A stretch of DNA of 62,183 bases from Bacillota bacterium (lineage in GTDB: Bacteria > Bacillota > Dethiobacteria > DTU022): assembly GCA_051748565.1 (NCBI GenBank), contig JBNJHN010000004.1, forward strand, positions 1 through 62,183, written 5' to 3'. Positions within the stretch are counted from its first letter, which is position 1, and every line of letters begins with the position of its first letter. Made by a program: the position numbers and the translations under genes. The notes below the pieces were generated by a model. That model did no database searches. It saw nothing but the letters and a program-made list of their open reading frames with translations, and was not told where the DNA came from. Below, in pieces: positions 18,515 through 26,246 of this stretch.

Positions 18515-20809
18515 ATGACTGACTTAAAATGTGTAGGAACATCGGTAGAACGTAAAGATGCTGTTGAGAAAGTCACAGGCAGAGCTGAATTTATTGAAGA
18601 TCGTTTCATAGGTCCGCTTCTATATGTCAGGATGAAAAAAAGTACTATAGCGCATGGCAGGATAAAAAAACTCGATGTGTCGAAAGCATTGGAACACCCC
18701 GGTGTTAAAGCTGTATTAACAGGAAAAGACTACCCTAACAAAATCGGTCTCTACCTTGTGGACCGGGATTTTATGGCCGTCGAAAAAGTTCGCTTCTGGG
18801 GCGAGCCGATAGCTCTGGTCGCTGCAGTTACAGAAAAAGCGGCAGCTGAAGCAGTTGAACTGATTGATGTTGAATACGAGGAACTACCCGGGGTTTTCGA
18901 TCCCTTCGAAGCCCTGAAACCTGAAGCGCCGATTATCCACGAAGATCTCGGGGAATACGAGGTCGTTCCGATTTTCTATCCAAAACCGGGGACAAATGTG
19001 GCCAACCATTTTAAACTGCGCAAGGGTGATACAGAAAAAGGTTTTGCCGAAGCTGATATTGTTATCGAAAAAGAATATATTGTTCCCCAGATGCAGCATG
19101 TTCCAATCGAAACTCACAAGGCCGCAGCCCAGTGGAGTCCTGATGGTAAGCTGACAATATGGAGCACTGCCCAATCGCCGAATGTTGTACGTCAGCTGCT
19201 TGCCAAAGCTTTTGAGATGCCTATGCATAAAATAAGAGTCATCTCAAGTTATATAGGCGGTGGATTTGGTTGTAAAGCCGGGGCTTCACTCGAAGGCCTG
19301 GTTGTGCCCCTGGCCCGGAAATTCCCGGGTTACGTTGTACGCATTGTTTTTAACCGAGAAGAGGACATGCAGGGTACCTTTACCAGGCAGGCTCTTTACG
19401 CAACCTTAAAAACCGGAGTACGCAAAGATGGCCGCATCACTGCACTTGAATATAAAATGATTTGGGATGGTGGAGCTTATACAGAGTACGGAGTGAATAT
19501 CGTTCGCGCTGCAGGCTACAGTTCTACCGGAGCATACGATATACCCAACGTAAAAACTGATTCGTACTGTGTTTACACTAATAACTCTATCGGAGGGCCG
19601 GTACGCGGGTTTGGAATGTGTGAAATGCAGTGGGGTATTGAGCGACAGATAGAGGAAATTGCTAAACAACTAAATATGGATTCTCTCGAGGTTCGATTGC
19701 TTAACGGAATGAAAGAAGGTTCTACAACTGCTGCAGGACAAATAGTACATAATGTTGGCTATGATAAATGTCTTAAAACTGTTGCTGAAAAAATAGGCTG
19801 GGGCAAAAAAGAAGGAAAATACCGGGGCAAGGGTATAGCGGGCCTGGTGAAATGCCCCGCTCAGCCAAGCAACGCTGCCTCCTCGGCAATTATCCGTATA
19901 AATGAAGACGGTACAGCCCATGTTTTGGTTGGGGCGACAGAAATGGGACAGGGCATGCTAACTGCTATTAGCCAGATTGCTTCTGAAACCATGAACATCC
20001 CTCTGGACAAAATTGACATCAGGGTTCCAGACACTGATTTTACCCCCTACGAGTGGCAAAGCGTGGGCAGCAGAATAACTTATACCTGCGGAACATCAGT
20101 CAAACGGGCCGCTGAAGATGCCCTGGGACAAATTTACCGGGTAGCGGCAGACCTTCTCGAGGTTCCTGCAGGAGATCTCACCTTTGACGGTAAGAAAATT
20201 TATTCAACAAAAGATCCCGAAATAAAGGCTACAATTCGTGAAGTAGCCGATAGTTGTAAGAAATGTACCGGGGAAGGTATTGCCGGGCCGATTATAGGGA
20301 GGGGCTCTTTTGTTCCTACCAATATGACCAATCTTGATCCGGAAACGGGTCAGGGCAACCCGGGATTATTTTACTGCTTCGGGGCCACAGCAGTTGAAGT
20401 GGAGGTAGATCCTGAAACAGGAGTAGTTAAAATCCTTCAACTGGCCAGTTCAATTGATGCCGGTAAAGCGGTCAACCCGCAGTTGTGCAAAGCCCAATTG
20501 CACGGTGGGACGATTATGGGGCTTTCGACAGCGCTTTATGAAGAAGTCCGGTTTGACAAGGGAATTATTCTAAACCGGAACTTTACAGATTACAAGATAG
20601 CAACCATAGAGAACACTCCTCATATCGACAGCTTTATCATTGAGACTCCTGAAGTTAACGGCCCCTATGGGGCACGTGGCATAGGAGAGCAACCGATGAT
20701 TGGAGTCGCCCCGGCGATTGCAAATGCTGTCAGCGACGCTCTCGGTGTTGAATTTAATACTTTCCCATTAACACCGGAAAGGGTCTGGCAGGCCCTGAAA
20801 AACAAATAG
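18515..20809 (+). CDS. xanthine-dehydrogenase-family molybdopterin-binding large subunit
   Basis: 764 aa. It has the a/b-hammerhead N-terminus (VGTSVERKDAVEKVTGRAEF), GGGFGCKAG, and C-terminal GARGIGEQPMIGVAPAIANAV. Substrate is inferred only from the purine context. Confidence 0.88.
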   Translation: MTDLKCVGTSVERKDAVEKVTGRAEFIEDRFIGPLLYVRMKKSTIAHGRIKKLDVSKALEHPGVKAVLTGKDYPNKIGLYLVDRDFMAVEKVRFWGEPIALVAAVTEKAAAEAVELIDVEYEELPGVFDPFEALKPEAPIIHEDLGEYEVVPIFYPKPGTNVANHFKLRKGDTEKGFAEADIVIEKEYIVPQMQHVPIETHKAAAQWSPDGKLTIWSTAQSPNVVRQLLAKAFEMPMHKIRVISSYIGGGFGCKAGASLEGLVVPLARKFPGYVVRIVFNREEDMQGTFTRQALYATLKTGVRKDGRITALEYKMIWDGGAYTEYGVNIVRAAGYSSTGAYDIPNVKTDSYCVYTNNSIGGPVRGFGMCEMQWGIERQIEEIAKQLNMDSLEVRLLNGMKEGSTTAAGQIVHNVGYDKCLKTVAEKIGWGKKEGKYRGKGIAGLVKCPAQPSNAASSAIIRINEDGTAHVLVGATEMGQGMLTAISQIASETMNIPLDKIDIRVPDTDFTPYEWQSVGSRITYTCGTSVKRAAEDALGQIYRVAADLLEVPAGDLTFDGKKIYSTKDPEIKATIREVADSCKKCTGEGIAGPIIGRGSFVPTNMTNLDPETGQGNPGLFYCFGATAVEVEVDPETGVVKILQLASSIDAGKAVNPQLCKAQLHGGTIMGLSTALYEEVRFDKGIILNRNFTDYKIATIENTPHIDSFIIETPEVNGPYGARGIGEQPMIGVAPAIANAVSDALGVEFNTFPLTPERVWQALKNK

Positions 20810-20836
20810 TAGTTTGATTAAATAAATACGGATTTG

Positions 20837-20860
20837 AGGGGTGCGAATTTTCGTACCCCT
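20837..20860 (+). terminator. stem-loop after the Mo subunit gene (possible terminator/attenuator)
   Basis: AGGGGTGCGA-ATTT-TCGTACCCCT forms a 10-bp stem (one G-U) with a 4-nt loop. The TGATCTTT tail is only a weak U-tract. Confidence 0.4.
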
Positions 20861-20887
20861 TGATCTTTAAAGCGAGTTGAATACTAA

Positions 20888-21694
20888 ATGATTCCAAGGA
20901 AAATTGTAATTCGCGGAGCAGGTGACCTTGCCTCCGGAATCGCTCACCGCCTGTTCAGTTCAGGTTTTGCCGTAATAATGCTGGAATTGCCAAAACCCCT
21001 GGTCGTACGCAGAACAGTTTCTTTTGCTTCGGTAGTATATGAAGGTTCCATAATTGTTGAATCAGTGCCGGCCGAACTTTGTAAGTCACCTGAAATGGTT
21101 AACGAGTATTTCTCCAGAAAAATTATTCCCGTGTTAATCGATCCTGATGCGAAGTCGTTGGCCCTGCTTAAACCTTCGATTGTTGTTGATGCCATTATGG
21201 CCAAAATTAATCGGGTTACCGGAATCGAAGATGCCGACCTGGTGATCGGCATAGGCCCCGGTTTCACTGCGGGCAGGGATGTTCATGCCGTGGTAGAGAC
21301 AAAAAGAGGCCTTGATCTCGGCCGGGTTTTCTACGAAGGGTCGGCGGCAGAAGATACTTCTGAACCGGGATTAATCAATGGCTACGGTAAAGAAAGGCTT
21401 TTAAGATCAACTTCCGGAGGTATTTTTAAACCTCTGAAAAAAATCGGAGATTTAGTGGAAGCCGGCGAAATAGTAGCCTCAGTTGGTCGGGAAGATATCA
21501 AATCGGCAATCGATGGAATGGTACGCGGCATGCTTTACCCCGGTCTGGATGTTAAGGAAGGCATGAAAGTCGGAGATATAGATCCCCGGGGAGAATCTAT
21601 CGATTATAAAAGTATTTCAGACAAAGCCAGGGCTGTTGGCGGTGGTGTGCTTGAGGCAATAATGCACCGCTATTTTGCCGGGAATGCTGATTAA
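20888..21694 (+). CDS. selenium-dependent molybdenum hydroxylase system protein, short YqeB/EF2563-like
   Basis: 268 aa. The N-terminus IVIRGAGDLASGIAHRLFSSGF (Rossmann-like XdhC_C-type start) and its position next to a Mo hydroxylase and yqeC match this family as I know it. Confidence 0.65.
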   Translation: MIPRKIVIRGAGDLASGIAHRLFSSGFAVIMLELPKPLVVRRTVSFASVVYEGSIIVESVPAELCKSPEMVNEYFSRKIIPVLIDPDAKSLALLKPSIVVDAIMAKINRVTGIEDADLVIGIGPGFTAGRDVHAVVETKRGLDLGRVFYEGSAAEDTSEPGLINGYGKERLLRSTSGGIFKPLKKIGDLVEAGEIVASVGREDIKSAIDGMVRGMLYPGLDVKEGMKVGDIDPRGESIDYKSISDKARAVGGGVLEAIMHRYFAGNAD

Positions 21695-21788
21695 AATCTC
21701 CGCCAGGACGCGCTATTTTTGAACCGAGTCTTCAAATATGATATAGTTTTTATAGAGAAAAGATCAATTCAATTTCAGGAGAATAGTT

Positions 21789-22058
21789 ATGAACACTCAA
21801 AATAACGCCTTCAATTTTGATGCAATGGAATATTGTTACTGCTATAAATGCAATAAAATCAGGGAAAGTGCAGATCTCGTCATTACCAAAAAAGGTTTGC
21901 AATGCTCTAAATGCGGCGGATATGATCTGGGAGAAGCCGGTTGGGTAGCATGCCCTTATCAGAAGATGTCAGCTGTTAAATGCCCCAGGGCTGGTAAAGG
22001 CATTGTTGATAATGGCTTTGGCCTCGAATGTACCGATCGCTGTTTCTTCCGCATATAG
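21789..22058 (+). CDS. small Cys-rich (zinc-ribbon-like) protein of unknown function
   Basis: 89 aa with 10 Cys, including CYKCN...CSKCGG (CxxC-N17-CxxC). AGGAG RBS. Confidence 0.5.
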   Translation: MNTQNNAFNFDAMEYCYCYKCNKIRESADLVITKKGLQCSKCGGYDLGEAGWVACPYQKMSAVKCPRAGKGIVDNGFGLECTDRCFFRI

Positions 22059-22084
22059 AGTATGCTGGCTGTGCTTAATAAAGG

Positions 22085-23482
22085 ATGATTCTAAGGTGTT
22101 TAATGGACCAACTAAAGCTTGAACATTCACTGGGAATAAAACTACCGGCGGTGATTTCTTTTTATGGAGCCGGAGGAAAAACTACCTTAATATCAAGACT
22201 TGCTGAAGAAATATGCTCCTCCGGCCGAAAAGTGCTCATTACTACAACCACAAAAATATTTGTACCGCAGGGCATACCTTTTTTTTCCATTGATGACACG
22301 GAGAAATCCATCCGAATCCTTAAAAGACACTTTAAGAAAAGCAACATTGCGGTTTTAGGAAGAAGAGTAAACAGGGATAACAAAATTGAAGGTATCGCTA
22401 CACAGGAAGTGCAAAAATTACGCGATTTACTTCAAATCACAGTTCTGGTAGAAGCAGACGGTGCCAAAGGGCTGCCAATCAAAGGCTTCAATTCGAACGA
22501 GCCGATTTTACCGTTTCACTCCGATTTAATTGTTGCCGTGATCGGCAGTGATGCTCTTGGTGCCAAACTCAGCTCCAATAATGTTCACCGCCCGGCAAAG
22601 GTTGTGAAAGAAACCGGGGCTGAATACGGTTCAATTATAACCGAGCACATTGTCGCTGAAGTCTTCCAGCATATGTTAAAACTCGGCCGAATCCAGGCGC
22701 CGAATTCCGGAACCGTCTGTTTATTGAATAAAGCTGACTTGCTAAAGGATGCCGGTTTAACGGCTTTAAAATTATCTGCGCTGCTTTCGGGACAGCAAAA
22801 TCCTCCGGATCAATTATTAATAACTGCGGGAAATGACATAAATCCAGGCCGGTTCACGTTTTGGCTGAAAAATGGAGAATTATGTGCCCATATTTCATGC
22901 ATTGTCCTTGCAGCGGGAGTTTCAAAACGTATGGGCTTTGATAAGCTTGCCCTACCATTCAAAAATAATACAATACTTGAAAATACCCTGGAACAAATAA
23001 AAAAATCCGGGATTAAAGATATAATTATTGTCGTCAGGCCGGGTAGCCCGTGGCTCGAAAAGCTGAAAAAAGGACCATATAAGCTGATTGAAAACCCGTT
23101 GTATAGTACCGGAATGGCTTCCTCTCTTAAGGCAGGCCTGAACGCAGTTGATTATAAGACCCAGGGAGTTTTAATTGCCCTTGCAGACCAACCGTTTGTA
23201 ACGCCGGCTATATATAAAAAACTAATTAACAATTATCGTAACAAATTAAAACTTTTCACCTGCCCGACTTATCAGGGGAAAAGGGGTAATCCAACTCTAT
23301 CAGACCGCAGAATATGGCCTGATTTGGTGAGTATTTCGGGTGATTGTGGAGGAAGGGTGCTTATCGATAAAATGGACGAAGATGAAATTGACCGGGTCGA
23401 AACGGAACGGCCCGAAGTGCTCTTTGATATTGATACTCCTGATGACTATATGAGGTTTTTTCCGGAAGGAGACGGTGAATAA
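22085..23482 (+). CDS. yqeC: YqeC-like selenium-dependent hydroxylase accessory protein fused to MocA/MobA-like nucleotidyltransferase
   Basis: The N-terminal half has VISFYGAGGKTTLISRLAEE...KVLITTTTKIF (YqeC P-loop pattern). The C-terminal half has IVLAAGVSKRMGFDKL...ALADQPF (MobA/MocA NTP-transferase). The start may be ATG 22103 (AAGGTG RBS) rather than 22085. Confidence 0.8.
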   Translation: MILRCLMDQLKLEHSLGIKLPAVISFYGAGGKTTLISRLAEEICSSGRKVLITTTTKIFVPQGIPFFSIDDTEKSIRILKRHFKKSNIAVLGRRVNRDNKIEGIATQEVQKLRDLLQITVLVEADGAKGLPIKGFNSNEPILPFHSDLIVAVIGSDALGAKLSSNNVHRPAKVVKETGAEYGSIITEHIVAEVFQHMLKLGRIQAPNSGTVCLLNKADLLKDAGLTALKLSALLSGQQNPPDQLLITAGNDINPGRFTFWLKNGELCAHISCIVLAAGVSKRMGFDKLALPFKNNTILENTLEQIKKSGIKDIIIVVRPGSPWLEKLKKGPYKLIENPLYSTGMASSLKAGLNAVDYKTQGVLIALADQPFVTPAIYKKLINNYRNKLKLFTCPTYQGKRGNPTLSDRRIWPDLVSISGDCGGRVLIDKMDEDEIDRVETERPEVLFDIDTPDDYMRFFPEGDGE

Positions 23483-23484
23483 CT

Positions 23485-24435
23485 ATGAACTTAAATGTTA
23501 ATGTAATTGGAACAGTATTTATTGACTGCAAAGGGTTTGCCCTCCAAAAATATTATCCCGATGGCAGGAATCTTGGGGATATCGAGTTTGTTCATGGCGG
23601 AGTTGGTCGAAACGTAGCTGAAAACCTGGCCAAACTCGATCTGCCTGTAACCCTGGTCTCCACAGTTGATAAAAACGCACTTGGAATTGAGGTAGTTGAA
23701 CATTTAAGACAGAGAAATGTAGACACATCCCTAATGCTAAAAACTGAAAATAATGGTATGGGTATGTGGCTGGCCCTGATTAATGAATGCGGTGATTTGG
23801 TCGGCTCTATTTCAAAAATGCCTGACTTAAACCTGCTGGAAAAGTTAATAAGTGATCAAGGAGAGGATATAATCGATAAATCCTCCCATGTGATTTTGGA
23901 ACTCGATTTAAACGAAAACATTACCCGGTATGTGGTTGACCTCTGTAATGAAATGAGCAAACCGGTTTATGGTATACCGGGAAATCTAAATATAGTAATG
24001 AAAAATCTCGATATCCTGCCCAGGCTGGAATGTTTTATCTGTAATGATTTTGAAGCAGGAAAAATTATTGATAAAGACTTAACCGGTTTAAATATAGAGT
24101 TGACTGTAGAGATTCTAAAAGAAAATTTATTTGTTGAAGGAAAAAGATCCCTTTATACAATTGTAACACTGGGCAGCCATGGTTCAATCTATCACTATGC
24201 AAATAAAAATATTGTCGAACATAAGCCTGCCATACCTACAGAAGTTATTGATACAAGCGGTGCGGGCGACGCATTCTTTTCCGGAACCGTGATGGGCCTG
24301 ATTAAAGAAATGCCTATTGAAAAGGCAGTAGATTGCGGGACAAAGATTGCTTCGTGGACTATCAGTTCCAGCGAAAGCATCTGTCTCGACCTGAAAAGCA
24401 AAGCCCGGGAAGAGGATTTTCACCTGCCAGTTTAA
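23485..24435 (+). CDS. PfkB-family sugar/nucleoside kinase
   Basis: 316 aa. It has the ribokinase-fold motifs GGVGRNVA and DTSGAGDAFFSG. Confidence 0.85.
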   Translation: MNLNVNVIGTVFIDCKGFALQKYYPDGRNLGDIEFVHGGVGRNVAENLAKLDLPVTLVSTVDKNALGIEVVEHLRQRNVDTSLMLKTENNGMGMWLALINECGDLVGSISKMPDLNLLEKLISDQGEDIIDKSSHVILELDLNENITRYVVDLCNEMSKPVYGIPGNLNIVMKNLDILPRLECFICNDFEAGKIIDKDLTGLNIELTVEILKENLFVEGKRSLYTIVTLGSHGSIYHYANKNIVEHKPAIPTEVIDTSGAGDAFFSGTVMGLIKEMPIEKAVDCGTKIASWTISSSESICLDLKSKAREEDFHLPV

Positions 24436-24574
24436 ATATGCAGGAACATTTTTTAGAACATCCCTGTCGCACCCTATTGCAGGATTACTTCAATAGTTTA
24501 AAGAATAAATTCTAAGTTGATCAAAATAATCTCATTAATTAAAAAATATGCAATTCGCTGGATGGAGGGATATC

Positions 24575-26203
24575 ATGAACGATCAATTTTCATTTGCCGT
24601 GCCTGCTAATGAGCCGGCTCTAAACTACGCCCCCGGTTCTCCGGAAAAGAAAGAACTAAAGAGAAAACTTCAGCAATTTAAAAAAGAAATTGTTGAAATT
24701 CCGCTGATCATCGGTGGTGAAGAGATTAAAACCGAAAATATGGGGGAAATCCGGGCACCTCATGATCACGGCCTGGTCCTGGCCCGCTTCTGTAAAGCCG
24801 GTAAAAAAGAAGTTGCCATGGCTATCGAAGCGGCAGCCGAAGCTAAAGTAAAGTGGCAGGAGATGTCATGGTTTAAAAGAGCGTTAATTTTCAGAGAAAC
24901 AGCCGCACGGCTTACCGGACCATGCCGCTCCACTTTAAACGCTGTGACAATGCTTGGCCAGGGTAAAAATGCTTACCAGGCCGAAATTGAAGCCGTCTGC
25001 GAACTTACAGACATGCTGCAGTTCAATACATATTTCATGGACAAAATTTACCGGGAGCAGCCTCTTTCAACACGTGAAACTATCAATAAAATGGATTACA
25101 GGCCCCTGGAAGGTTTTGTTGCAGCCATATCGCCCTTTAATTTCACCTGTATCGGAGCCAATCTTGCCACAGCTCCGGCAATGATGGGCAACGTTGTTTT
25201 ATGGAAACCTGCTTCGACAGCGGTATACTCTAATTACTATTTTATGCAGCTATTAATTGACTGCGGGCTTCCGCCGGGAGTAATAAATTTCCTGCCTGCT
25301 TCGGGAGAAGAAATTGGCGATATTATTTTCAATCACCCGGACCTGGCAGCCGTTCACTTTACCGGTTCTGCCAATACGCTTAAATACATTTGGAAAACAG
25401 TTGGCGAAAACATCGATCATTATAAATCATATCCCCGTATTATCGGAGAAGCAGGAGGAAAAGGCTTTGTAATCGCCCACAGTTCAGCCGACCCTGATGA
25501 ACTAATTACTGCCTTAATCAGGGGTGCATATGAGTACCAGGGCCAGAAATGTTCTGCAGCCAGCCGTGCCTATATCCCCGAAAGCCTCTGGCAAAAAGTC
25601 AGGGAAGATTTATTGGACAGGGTGAAAAATCTGAAAGTCGGTCCTGTTGAAGATTTCAGAAACTTTGTTAACGCGGTTATCGACCGAAATGCTTTTGATA
25701 AAATCAAAGGCTACATCGATTATGCCGCCGAATCGGAAGATGCAGAAGTGATCGCCGGAGGCAGGTGTGATGACTCAGCAGGTTACTATATTTACCCCAC
25801 GGTTATTCAGACAAATAACCCTCATTTTAAAACAATGGAGGAAGAAATTTTTGGGCCTGTTTTAACCGTATATGTTTATCCTGACAGCGATTACGTTGAA
25901 ACCCTTAAACTTTGTAACGAAACCTCACCGTACGGGCTGACCGGTTGTGTCATGGCCCGTGATCCCAAGGCGGCGGAAAGAGCAGAGGAAATTTTAATTT
26001 ACGCAGCAGGCAATTTCTATATTAATGATAAGCCCACCGCTGCTCTTATTGGGCAACAGCCATTTGGTGGTTCCCGGGCTTCAGGTACCAACGATAAAGC
26101 AGGCTCATTATTTAACATGATCCGTTGGACCAGCCCCCGGTCTATAAAATATAATTTAAACCCGCCTGTGGATTACAGGTATCCTTTTCTTGAAGAAGAA
26201 TAA
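24575..26203 (+). CDS. L-glutamate gamma-semialdehyde (1-pyrroline-5-carboxylate) dehydrogenase, ALDH superfamily
   Basis: The ALDH catalytic Glu is in GEAGGKGF and the Cys is in YQGQKCSAASRAY, a pattern typical of P5CDH. ATG 24575 follows GGATGGAGGGA. The track start 24548 has no RBS. Confidence 0.8.
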   Translation: MNDQFSFAVPANEPALNYAPGSPEKKELKRKLQQFKKEIVEIPLIIGGEEIKTENMGEIRAPHDHGLVLARFCKAGKKEVAMAIEAAAEAKVKWQEMSWFKRALIFRETAARLTGPCRSTLNAVTMLGQGKNAYQAEIEAVCELTDMLQFNTYFMDKIYREQPLSTRETINKMDYRPLEGFVAAISPFNFTCIGANLATAPAMMGNVVLWKPASTAVYSNYYFMQLLIDCGLPPGVINFLPASGEEIGDIIFNHPDLAAVHFTGSANTLKYIWKTVGENIDHYKSYPRIIGEAGGKGFVIAHSSADPDELITALIRGAYEYQGQKCSAASRAYIPESLWQKVREDLLDRVKNLKVGPVEDFRNFVNAVIDRNAFDKIKGYIDYAAESEDAEVIAGGRCDDSAGYYIYPTVIQTNNPHFKTMEEEIFGPVLTVYVYPDSDYVETLKLCNETSPYGLTGCVMARDPKAAERAEEILIYAAGNFYINDKPTAALIGQQPFGGSRASGTNDKAGSLFNMIRWTSPRSIKYNLNPPVDYRYPFLEEE

Positions 26204-26246
26204 ACATATATTTTAACATTTAACTTAGACTTACGAGGGGGATAAA

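Noticed and set aside
24465-24481. A sigma-54-like element TGTCGCACCCTATTGCA upstream of the P5CDH gene.
   Set aside because: The essential GG of the -24 box is CG, the spacing to the TTGC element is one nucleotide short, and no enhancer-binding protein gene is nearby.
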